DNA of 64,000 bases from Octopus vulgaris (lineage: Eukaryota), in contig OX597816.1 in the NCBI GenBank assembly GCA_951406725.2, positions 123,132,001 to 123,196,000 of the forward strand, in the 5' to 3' direction. The position numbers and the translations under genes were made by a program. Below the pieces are notes generated by a model. The model was not told the DNA's origin and searched no databases. It saw only the letters and a program-made list of their open reading frames with translations. Below, one piece after another: positions 52,518 through 64,000 of the stretch (the stretch's first letter is position 1; every line of letters begins with the position of its first letter).

Positions 52518-54556
52518 TCATTCTCTAAGTTTTGAAATCTTCTAAGTTGAATTTTGGCTATTGTTTCCTACTATTGCCTCAGACTGACTAAAGCCTTGGG
52601 AATGAATTTCATTGATGGAAACTGAAAGAAACCAATTGAACATATACATACATCCTTTGTACATGCATGTTTTCAAGTTTCCTTGTTTTGACACCATGCC
52701 CAGTTGTGCTCAAGTGTCACTGTCATGAAAGTGGTGTCATATGTTTGTGATTTCCATGACATCATGTCTAGCCATTATGCTATTTAAGATAGAAAGAATG
52801 GAGGGAACTATTACCTTACTTAATAACAGGTGAGGATTGGTGATAGAAAGGACATCCAGACATAGAACATCATCTGAAATATGTAAGCATAGAAACCTGA
52901 GCATTAAAATGATGATCATCATCATGATGATGTCCAGTTCTTTAAATTGCTTGACTCTATTATGTGTCCAATTCAATAGTTCAAGTATCTATATCTAAAT
53001 ATTTAGTAACTCTCTAGTAGAGTCACTTGTACTCTTCTTGATGTTTGTGCATCTCTCTAAAATAATCTCATTAGTCTCTTTTAAATGTTTGCTTTATACA
53101 GTGAATATAGTGAAATATTGTTTCCATAACAATCCTTTCCATTTTATTTTATTTTCAACTATAATAAAAATCTTTCAAAGATATTTGATCATTTCATCTC
53201 AACTTTTATTTTTTGTTTACAGTTCTTCTTCCATCACAGTATTTTGTGACGTTTAGTGGGCAGTATCAGATAAATCATTAGTTAAATAAAAGTGCTGGTA
53301 CACTTAAGAAAGTATGTCTTAAAAAGCTAACGAGAAATAACTATGCAGTGAATAGAGAAAATATCAGTCAGTGACCAATTTTATAGCAGTTATTTTGGCA
53401 AGTGCAAGCAATGACTCTGGACTTGTGGTCTTATGATCTCTTCAATGAAAGATGCGTATCACCAAAATACTTTCTACATTAAATATGTTAGTTTAAATTG
53501 ACTATTACTTTCCATGTGGATGGCCCCGCTTCATCATCTATATCAATAAAGTATCTACACTGGTATAGTAATTTCTTCCTTCATTGATATCTTGATATAT
53601 TGCAAATTCCTTCACATTTTTTTGCTCAGATTTGTGTAAATCTTCTAATGGATTAACCCTCTTTATGCAAAATCTGATTAAACTCCAGGACTATAATTTA
53701 TACAACAAATTTCCTGAGTCCAATTAGTCAATATTTCACTTTTTTTGGTAACTCAACAAAAACTCAATTGAGTGTGATATTTCAAGTAGTATTATAAAGT
53801 TCTATCTCTATAATATTACCTGAATTTGGTTATTTATTTCATTTCTTGCTTTCAAGTCTGCTGCACATGCTATAGTACATAATTTCTACATTCATTAAAG
53901 GACAATAGTAGATTAATTTTTTTACCATAAAAATTTAGAATATAAAATATATGGGCCATGCAATGGTAATTACTTGTTGATAGAATTCAGATCTGTTTTT
54001 GCTAAAGCAATTATATTTTCCAGACAATTAAACACTTCTACCGTATTTCTGTACAGACAATTATTTAGACCAGATTATTCTTTAATCATCTCTATTGTCC
54101 TTATATATGCATCTATATAGAAATAGGAAATCCAAAGACAGTCAGTCTAAATAGCTAGCAAATCAAATATACAGTTTATATTCCATCAAAAGTATTGAAT
54201 TATGTCCCCCATCAGAGCAACAGAACCCACATAAATTTACTTAGCTCAAAAATAAGCACAAGCTAATTTGGAACTCTACAATAGCAATAATTGAATGGAT
54301 TGGAGTTATATTTTATTTATACATGGATCTATACATTGATATGTTTATTGTCTGAATATAAAAAGAAAGAAAGAAAACACGAATATACACACACATGTAT
54401 CCACACACAAATATGGCTGTATAAAAGGAGAGAAAATGCCCTCAAGATATGTTACAGCCTTTAAAAACTCATCTGAAGCTGATGGTTCCCTGTCACCCTA
54501 GTTACTAGCACTCATGCATTTGTTCCATTTGTTCAAATGAATATATATATATGTAT

Positions 54557-55045
54557 GTCATCATCATCATCATCGTCGTTTAATGTCCGCTTTCCATGCT
54601 AGCATGGGTTGGACGGTTTGACTGTGGGCTGGCGAACCAGATGGCTGCACCAAGCTCCAGTCTTGATCTGGCAGAGTTTCTACAGCTGGATGCCCTTCCT
54701 AACGCTAACCACTCCGAGAGTGTAGTGGGTGCTTTTATGTGTCACCGGCACGGGGGCCAGTCAGGTGGTACTGGCAACGACCTTGCTCAAATTTTTACAC
54801 ATTGGTCAGTCAGGTGGTACTGGCGACGACCTCACTCAAATTTTTTACACATGCACAGGTGACAGTAAGACGATGCTGGTAACGATACCACTCGAATGGT
54901 GCCTCCTACATGCCACCGGCACGGAAGCCAGTTAGCCGCTCTGGCAACAATCATGATCAGATGGTGCTCTTAGCACCCTACTAGCATGGGGCACAAGTGC
55001 CAGTAATGCGAGGCTGACAATGATCCCGCTCATATGGTGCTTGTG
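54557..55045 (-). mobile_element. RTE-tail repeat, long young copy with internal ~50-bp tandem units
   Basis: (CAT)n + family motif; CAGTCAGGTGGTACTGGC..CGACCT..CTCAAATTTTT repeated at ~54757-54850. Confidence 0.8.
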
Positions 55046-55296
55046 TATATATATATATATATATATTGAGGTTATGAGAGGTAATGGTGTCAATAAGACC
55101 CAAAAGTGTCAGGTAATGCTAAGTAAGTGCTATGGACAGACTATAGATAAGCTCCAGGTTCAGTGGTTATGCGAATGAAGAGGAACTCCAGATACTATAT
55201 CCTTATGTATCTCACATCTGTTTTACATTCCTCCACTTCACTCTGTATTTCATATCTTCTCTATAATAACTATTGCTTAACCATTTTCTCACACTA

Positions 55297-55342
55297 TCTC
55301 TGATGAAGGGATATATAAAATATACTGGAAACAGCTGTAAGA
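55297..55342 (+). ncRNA. Type I minimal hammerhead motif in a (TA)n-flanked ~350-bp element (55067-55410)
   Basis: TCT CTGATGA AGGGATATATAAAATATACTG GAAA CAGCTG TA AGA. Intact core, palindromic stem III, GTA triplet; stem I only 3 bp and stem II imperfect. Confidence 0.55.
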
Positions 55343-55421
55343 CCTTCTTTTTATAAATGTTCTGAAATCTTTCACAGCTTTGGATTTTTTATCTCATTCT
55401 GTTAATTTCACACACACATCT

Positions 55422-55476
<55 letters not shown>

Positions 55477-55626
55477 TTTTAAAGATCAGTATGGAAGACA
55501 GTGTAACTATAAACATTTATTTGTGCAACAATCGTTTTGGTTTAACACTTACTGGAATTTATCCTGAAATGAAGTTTGGATACTACATTTAATGACTAAA
55601 TCTTAATTCCTTAATTTTAAATTTGA

Positions 55627-55669
<43 letters not shown>

Positions 55670-55769
55670 TTGTATGTATGTATATATATGTTTGCATGAA
55701 TGTATGTGTATATATGTATATATATGTATGTGTGTGCGTATAAATATATATGCATATATATACATGTAC

Positions 55770-55828
<59 letters not shown>

Positions 55829-55907
55829 AAGAGAGGAGAAGAGAAGGGAGAGGGGCATAGGGAGGGAGAGACATGCACACATGTAAATATACACAGAAAT
55901 GAATAAG

Positions 55908-56312
55908 TAGGCACTGGAGTGGCTGCGTGGTAAGAAGCTTGCTTCACAACCACATAGTTCCAAGTTCAATCCCACTGCATGGCACCTTGGGCAAGTGTCC
56001 TCTGCTATAGTCCTGGGCTGACCAAAGCCTTTTGAGTGGATTTGGAAGATGGAAACTGAAAGAAGTCTGTCATATATACATATATATATATATGTATGTG
56101 TGTGTTTGTGTGTCTGTGTTTGTCCCCCCACCCATCGCTTGACAACAGGTGTTGGTGTGTTTATGTCCCTGTAACTCTTAGTGGTTTGGCAAAAGACACC
56201 GATAGAATATTTACTAGGCTTACAAAAGAATAAGGCCTAGGATCGATTTGTTCAGTTAAAGGTGGTGCTCAAACATGGCTGCAGTCAAATGATTGAAACA
56301 AATAAAAGAATA
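55908..56312 (+). mobile_element. SINE family A copy
   Basis: Colinear with 20465-20885. Confidence 0.85.
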
Positions 56313-57857
56313 ATGAAGGTAATATTGAGAAAAATTTCCTTTTCAATGAAGGCCCTTTAGCATCAGATATAAAATAGGTCTACAGAAGTGCTGATATTAT
56401 TTGCAAGAGCATTAGCTTTGTAATTATAATAATTTAATTTGGAAATCTGCATGGGGTCATGCACTTATATTTGCCACTTTTTGATTCATTTTTGTTAATG
56501 GTAAGTGTAAATATGATTAATGTGTCACTGAGTGTATTTCTTCAATTCAAGTGGATTTATCCAGAAACAGATATCTTGCATAAAGCATTTCATTAGCCTA
56601 AAGTGAATTAAGTATTTCAATAACAAATTTTTTAGGAAAATTGCAGAATGTGCTTGACTGGTTAGTATTTGCAATAAATTATATACAGATATCAGCTATA
56701 AAAATTTGATCTTCTGTTATCTAAATATTAATATATATGTATGTATGTATATGTGCATACACACACATATACATATATATATATACACACACACATAGAA
56801 ACACACAGACACACACACGTATGTATGTATACAATCCCTCGCTTTCTCCTTTACTTTCTCTGCTGATTTCCCTCATATTTCACTAGTGCTCCTGGTTTGT
56901 TTAGAAGAAATATTTATTGTTATGTCTGTGTTAAAATGATAAATGATAGGGAAAATAGGTTTTAAATCAAACACCATATGAATTTTGATAAACAAGCAAA
57001 CCATATAAATGATAATATTTGAATTTATTCCTGTGAAGCAATTTCATGAGATAAAATGAGAAAGGAAGAAGTGTGGTTTAAAAAATAAATAAATAAAAAA
57101 TTTGATTTGCTAAAATTCAAATGTTTTTAATATATATATATTTTTTTATATTCAGTGAAAATTGAATCTGGAAAAATTCAAGCCAGAATTTAGATGAAAT
57201 ATTCGTATAATATTCTATACATAGTCATATGATCTATAAACAGTGATTGTCAGATGGACAGTATTGTAGGACTAATTAATGTTGTTGAGTAGCTCTATTT
57301 TTTTTTAATATATATGTTATATATGGTGTAAGAATTGTTAATCAAAAAATATGCATGGAACATCTATGACAGCCATAATTTATGAAAGAATCATTTGATT
57401 GGCTACCTATCCATACTAATTCTGCCTTTGTTACGTTTCCTTAAGATTGAGATATAAACATGTAATACTTCTTTTAAAGATGAAAAAGATTTTGCCATTA
57501 TGCTCAGCTAAGGATTTTACTTGGAGAATGCTATTTTAGCAGAGTTTGCATAGAAACTCTTTCTTTAACTTATCATTCTTTGATAACTATTCTCAAAGTG
57601 CTATTTCTTACATCTATATGTTACTTTATCAGGGACTGCACAGTTAATTCAAAATGGCTCCCCCATGGCTAAAACTGTCATATTTATTTATATTCAGCCA
57701 AACCTGAAAATTTCTAAAGCTGTTTACAGTTCTTAATGTCTCTCTATAATGACTGTTACATTATCACAAGTCCCTTAACAAGTATAAACTGAACAGATGA
57801 CTTCAGCTGGTGGGTACTACAACAATTGTAAAATGTACATACAGACATGGCTAAAAG

Positions 57858-58082
57858 TTACTCTTTTACTCATTTATTTGTTGCAGTCATTTGACTGTGG
57901 CCATGCTGGAGCACCATCTTTAGTCGAGCAAATTGACCCCAGGACTTATTCTTTGTAAGCCTAGTACTTGTTCTATCAGTGTCTTTTGCTGAACTGCTAA
58001 GTTACGGGGATGTAAACACACCAGCATCGGTTGTCAAGCAATGTTGGGGGACAAACACAGACACACAAAAATATACACACAC

Positions 58083-58132
<50 letters not shown>

Positions 58133-58254
58133 GACAGGCTTCTTTCAGTTTCTGGTCGGCCCGAGGTTATAATGGAAGACACTTGCCCATGATGCCACAC
58201 AGTGGGACTGAACCTGGAACCATGTAGTTTGTAAGCAAGCTACTTACCACACAG
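57858..58254 (-). mobile_element. SINE family A copy (small internal deletion)
   Basis: Reverse complement of the family A sequence. Confidence 0.85.
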
Positions 58255-61089
58255 TTCAGAACTTTTTTTTTTAGATTAAAATTGTTATGCCCAAGTACAA
58301 TTCAATTCAATATATATGTGGAGATATACTTACCTGATAATTTTCAGATCTATGTTTCAAATTTTTGGCATTGGCCAAAAGAACTGGTGATTAAATATAG
58401 AAATTCTAATTTTCAGACCTATGTTCCAAACTTTTTGTCATGACTATAATACCCTAAGTAAGTTTTGAAGGTTTATAAAAAGCAACACAACTGAATTGTG
58501 ATGCATGGCTAACAATTGACATATTTGTAATATTTGAAAACTCTTTTCTTACAATTCAAACAATATTAGTTATAATTTATTCATAATTATGTCTAGTCTA
58601 TATCATGGCATAGAATTATGTAGGGTTTGTTTATGGATGCTACAATGGTTTGCATAGTTGTTCATTGCAGTGTAAAATTAGGAGACAACAAACTTTTTAC
58701 GGTCTGATCAGCATGAAATTATGAATGTTGTGGATTTATCTTTTGTTTGGTCTGCAAGACAGGAAAGACGTTTTTGCTCATAGATGAGTTTGATTGGAAA
58801 GCAAGACTGGTCAACTTAACACTGGAATAAATTTCAAGACATAGCTCTTTCATTAAGAAATTTGCTTCCTGAATATGTAGTTTTGGGCTCAATCTCTATG
58901 CATCTTAGGCAACTTTCTTTTGCAAATAGCCCCGGGATTATCAAAGTCTTATGAGTGGATTTGGTAGACAGAAACTGAAAAAGTCTCTCTCATAGTGTGT
59001 GTGTTTGGGATGACGGATTGGGATAAGAAGTATTTCAATCTATAGCCTGAGTATAAAAATTTGTAAAAGATGAGCGTAACTATCTGAAAAAATATAGCCA
59101 TCGCTACATAATTTGTTTGTTGTAAAAAGCTACTCCATCTAATTAAATGTTGATGAAAATAATATTGATTTTTACCATTTATGCAGTTATTTGATTAAAA
59201 TTTGTAATCTGTCTACCAGTTAAAATATGTGCTACTGTTCCTCAAGTATTATTATGATACCTTTAACAAGCAAAATATTTTCTTAGGTAGATTGTGTTTA
59301 TTGGTGTTTTCATATTTCTTGTGGTATAACCTTATTATCTTCTATTAATTGGTGTCACACATTCTTATGTGAAGGGCTCTAAAGAAGGAAATATTGCACA
59401 AGAGGTGTATAGGGAACATGGCAGTGGACTGAAAATAGTTTGAGAATTTTTTATTTCTAAGCAACACAATGAAACATCAGACCATGAAATATTGAGAAGT
59501 TTGTGTTGTTTTTAATCAATGTCGTCCATGATCAATTAAAACTGTAAAAAGGCATTTTAATCATGAGTATCTTTATCAATTTTTTCTGGACAATTATCTA
59601 AGTTTGAATTCTCCCATGTGTTCTATTTTACTTTAAAAAACTGTATGGAGTATGTTGTAGGAAATTTAACGACTATTGCTAGCAGGTTGAGTGATAAATG
59701 TAGAGGCTCTATTGTAGAGTGGTAATGAAGTAGGAATCGTTATCAAAATAGTTAGAGCATCAGAAAAATACTTGACTGCATGTGTTTCAGCTCTTTATGT
59801 TCTAAGTTAAAATCTTGCCAGGGTCACCTCAGCCTTTCCTCATTCCTAGCTTAACATCATAAAGTAACCAAACAAATACAAAGGTTGAAGTAGGGACTAA
59901 CTTTCTCACCTTGATATTGCTGTCCTTCTGCCTAAATTAGATACAATTATTAAATAACTAACAACCATGGTCTGTTGCCATATAAGCTGTTCTAATCCTT
60001 TTATTTTCAGATAAGGAAAATTATTTATGATGATAGTACAATCCTATTTATGAGAAGTGTAGAAAAACAATAGAATATGAAGAAACTAGAGGTGTTCTAT
60101 GCTTACAAATAGTAATAAAATGTGTTCAAATGGCGTGGAATAAATTTTCTACCATGATTTCAATGACTAAAATACTTGACTTCACATATTCTTCATAGAG
60201 TAATATTAATTCCACAGTTTCTATTCTTTGTATTAATTAAGATAACGAACTTCATTAGCAACATCGTAACCAGTGACAGTATGAAACATTTTTCTCTCTA
60301 TTACTCCTAAGCCACATAATTTTTGAGTGAATGAACAATTTTGTGTTTGTTGGACAAGAAATATTTCATCCAGCTGTCACAATAATTTAATTTCTTTTAG
60401 ACATTTCAGTATTCTTTACCAATTACACTGTCTTCTATAATTGACACTATTCTTATTTGAAACCTATTCAATGACTAGATGGCAGTGAATAAACAGAATC
60501 ATTAGAACTTCAGACAAAACTCTATGAAGTAATTGTTCCAGTTTTTCGTGTTTAAGTTCAAATTATGTCATAGTCAACTTTTTCTTTTATCTTTTCTGGA
60601 ATTGTTAAAATAAAGTGCAAGTCCAAGGGTGATAGATTGAAGGAATTGTCAGATCACAGGATATTAAAATTTTGTGGTGTTTGTTCAGGCTCTTTGTGTT
60701 CTGAATACTCAGGCAGGTATAACGATATTTGTGTGTATCTAGCCAACAAGGTGGTGACTTGGCTAAAATACCAAAAGGAAGGCAATAGGGTATCACTTTT
60801 GTATTCTCACATAAAATTCCATGATAAGCACATAGCACTTTTCAAGGAAGTCACCTTTACACTGATGGAGCAGAAAGAAAAGAAGAATTGAACAAAGGCT
60901 TTGCCCTGTCTTCTAAACTCAAAGTTTATCAATAGTTTAATTCAGATAACATTAGTATTAATTATTCTTTGTATCATCATAAAGTTAAGGAAAAGAAGTT
61001 GTAACATTTGTTCCTATCTAAGAGTCATTAGCGATAGAAGCTAAATAGTTTCAGATTTTATCTTGCTAGGCAAAGGCATGATTAGATGA

Positions 61090-61752
61090 AAGCATGACTT
61101 TGTAACTGAAATCCCTTTGCAGCTACACAGTATGAGGTTCAGTCCTACAGTGCAGCACCTTGGCTAGTATTTTCTACTATAGCCTCAGGCCAGCCAATGC
61201 CTTGTAAGTAAAGATACATTCTTGAGCCGTGCCGAGTCATAAGGGTTGGTTACCTGGTTTCCATGGCATGTAAATTACCCACCTGGACAGGGTGCCTGAC
61301 CATCACAGGATTACTCATTTTTGCCAGTTGAGTGGGATGGAGTAATGTGAAATAAAGTGTTTTGTTCAAGAACACAACACATCACCCAGTCCAGCAATCA
61401 ATGCTACAATCTTACAATCACAAGTCCAACACCCTAACCACTAAGCCACGCATCTTCATATGCCTAGCAAATGAATTTGGTAGACAAAAACTGAATAGAA
61501 GCTTGTCATATGATGTATGTATGTGCTTGTATTTGCTGACCCCGCCACCTCTACCAACAGCAACACTGTCACTACTTCACAGCCAGTATTGGTTTGTTTA
61601 CATCTTCATAAATTAACAGTTCAGTAAAAGAGACCAATAGAATAAGTACCAGATTTGACAAATGATTATTGGTGTTAATCTGTTTGACTAATTTTTTCAA
61701 GACAGCACCTTAGCATGCTACAATCCAATGGTTCAAACAAATAAAAGTAAGA
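61090..61752 (+). mobile_element. Family A SINE split by a family C-like SINE (~61212-61465, opposite strand)
   Basis: The family A head stops at GCCTTGTAAGT and resumes at GAATTTGGTAGAC; the insert shares a domain with 28055-28362. Confidence 0.7.
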
Positions 61753-63376
61753 ATATATATCTATTGTGCTTGAATAGCTGAAAATATTTTTATTGGAGCT
61801 ATCATTTTTGTAGCTGGCTAGCTTTCCTCTAGTTAATCATACTATCGTGAAGTCCCAACATCATTTCTTATTTCCTTTTAGCCAGACAAATTGAAATAAT
61901 AAGAGATACATAACAGACTTAGTGATATAATTGACTTGTGTGTTTTAAACTAATGACCATTTATTCACATGTTCATTAGTTTAGCCCTTTAACCTCACAG
62001 CCACTATATCTCATGAATCGATGATGGCTTGCTTGCTTCACTGGTTCAGAAATTCCTAGCTCTCGTCTGGTAATTTATTTGCTGCTGTCACAATTAATGT
62101 CAGTTATCTCATTAGATTCTCTATTTCATTTGATATTAGAAATAAAATTAAAAAATTACTGCTTTTGTAAATTAATTCTTTCTTTTAAAGTGTGACACTT
62201 ATTGAGAATGAAAATTAAAGAAAAGAATCAATATTGAGAAAAGTTGTCTTAATTCGTTTTTCTAAAAGAAGTTTATTTCATATTTTTTTAGATTTAAAAA
62301 AAAAAATCTAAAATAGTTATTTGGTATGTTTCTCAAAATACACAATCAGCCAAGCTATATATTCTTACTAAAAATATAATATGGGATAATTGAGCACTGA
62401 ATTCTTTTAAAATGATTTTATAAATAGAATTAATTCTTTACTATGGATAATCAATACTACTTATATCATATCAAAGTAATTGTATTTTAAACTTAAAATT
62501 ATTTTTTATAAACAACTGCATATTTCTCATTCCTTCCTTTTTTTGTTTACTTTTTGTTCTAACTATGATTCCTTTTCTTATACTCTTTGTATTCACTATA
62601 TCTTTCAACCCTTTTTGCCATCACTTATATCCTCCCTTAAGTGACACATACGCCCACAACATCTTATATGAATCCCTTTCTGAAGTAACTCATTTCTCTT
62701 TCCACATCCAACCCATGCTCATTTCCATTTTAGATGAGAATTTATGAAGATACACAAGGCTGTACAGGATTTGGGGATAAATATATAGATCGAGGGAAGT
62801 AACTTATAAAGAAATCTTAATTGTTACCTTAAATCTTATCATCCTCCCATTCGCCCTGGGATCTTTGCAAGGAGCTGCATTCACCATGGATTGATTAATT
62901 CCCTGATTATTTTATGTGAGAATGCTTGTGCATGTCTAGGCTTATAAATACACATGTATGTACACATGCATCTCCATACAAAATATGCTCACACTCACAG
63001 ATGCACACACATAGACAAACAAACATGCACACACAGACAAACATACACACACATACACGTGCACACATACACATACGTTCACACACACATATACACATGC
63101 ATGTGTGTGTATGTTGTGTATCTATCAGAATGCCATGATAGATCGTTAGCTCCAACACGCATTTTTTTTCTCTCCTTGTTTACTTTTGTAAATTTTCCCT
63201 TTGTATATATATATATAACGTAAAGTATACTAGCTATCAATATGGCTAACCACTAAGGGTGGGTGTTACCGTAGCTTTTAGCCCCCGGAGATCATCGTCT
63301 CCAGCTGGCTTTAGGCACACTGTCTGTGCCCTTATGGTATTTGCAAAGGGAGGTCATCCCTCTCTCGTGAGCCTAA

Positions 63377-63435
63377 GCAATACATACGGACTGCAGTTTT
63401 GAGGTGTTTGCCTCTTGTCAACGCACGGTAATCAC
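63377..63435 (-). pseudogene. Inactivated hammerhead ribozyme, left arm
   Basis: CGTGCG TTGACAA GAGG-CAAACA-CCTC AAAA C-TGCA-G TC CGTATG: stems intact, core positions C3, G8 and G12 substituted. Confidence 0.7.
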
Positions 63436-63594
63436 CGGTTTACGATGAAAAGGAAGACTTGTTTGCAAATACTTATGGGTTTTTCTAGTAACTACTGTCA
63501 CTGATTTCGAAAAACTGTCTGCAAGCAATAATAAATTTCTGAACGAGATGTAAACAGTAATTGCAAACAGGTCTTCCCTTTTCATCATAAGCCG

Positions 63595-63653
63595 GTGATT
63601 ACCGTGCATTGACACAAGGCAAACACCTCAAAACTGCAGTCCGTACGTATCGC
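63595..63653 (+). pseudogene. Inactivated hammerhead ribozyme, right arm
   Basis: CGTGCA TTGACAC AAGG-CAAACA-CCTC AAAA C-TGCA-G TC CGTACG; positionally homologous to 8720-8778. Confidence 0.65.
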
Positions 63654-63855
63654 TTAGGCTTACGAGAGAGGGATGGCCTCCCTTTGCAAATACCATAAGG
63701 GCACAGATAGTGTGCCTAAAGCCAGCTGGAGATGATGATCTCCTGGGGCTAAAAGCTACAGTAACACTCACCCTTAGTGGTTAGCCATATTGATGGCTAG
63801 TATACTTTACGTTGTCGAGCGGTTACTGTTTACATCTCGTTCAGAGATTTATTAT

Positions 63856-63858
<3 letters not shown>

Positions 63859-63942
<84 letters not shown>
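63859..63942. repeat. (TA)n + (GA)n microsatellite
   Basis: Directly visible. Confidence 0.95.
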
Positions 63943-63944
<2 letters not shown>

Positions 63945-64000
63945 TGCACATGTATATATATATATCAAAGTAAAAGGGAGAGGCAAACAAATTGGCAAAA

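Larger units (their letters stand above)
63217..63858. mobile_element. (TA)n-flanked foldback of two family H1 units, arms 63217-63468 / 63561-63813
   Basis: ~250-bp inverted arms; 63527-63560 is additionally the reverse complement of 63823-63856; homologous to 8688-8987. Confidence 0.9.

Overview
AT-rich, microsatellite-dense eukaryotic non-coding DNA. The repeat make-up suggests a coleoid cephalopod, probably Octopus (inference). I found no intact protein-coding gene; nearly all listed ORFs are microsatellite artefacts or transposon debris. Recognisable mobile elements are a degenerate ~2.9 kb RTE LINE, four R4/Dong-type LINE fragments (two directly beside (TAA)n tracts), a CR1/L2-type 3' end, two decayed mariner elements, a Chapaev3-like remnant, four TTAA-flanked piggyBac-like MITEs, a pogo/Tigger-like mini-MITE and several SINE families. 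The main observation is a set of short elements next to microsatellites, mostly (TA)n, that carry type-I minimal hammerhead ribozyme folds with palindromic stem III. One copy has an intact core (8720-8778). A homologous ~353-nt structured unit occurs as a head-to-head foldback at 63.2-63.9 kb, with one arm circularly permuted, and shows compensatory base changes. A second, unrelated hammerhead-like family forms a near-perfect palindrome at 35.25-35.68 kb. These look like retrozyme or Penelope-associated non-autonomous ribozyme retroelements. A cluster of long inverted and direct duplications lies at 30.9-36.2 kb, followed by an ~850 bp (TA)n tract. All alignments and folds were done by eye, and most repeat boundaries are approximate.
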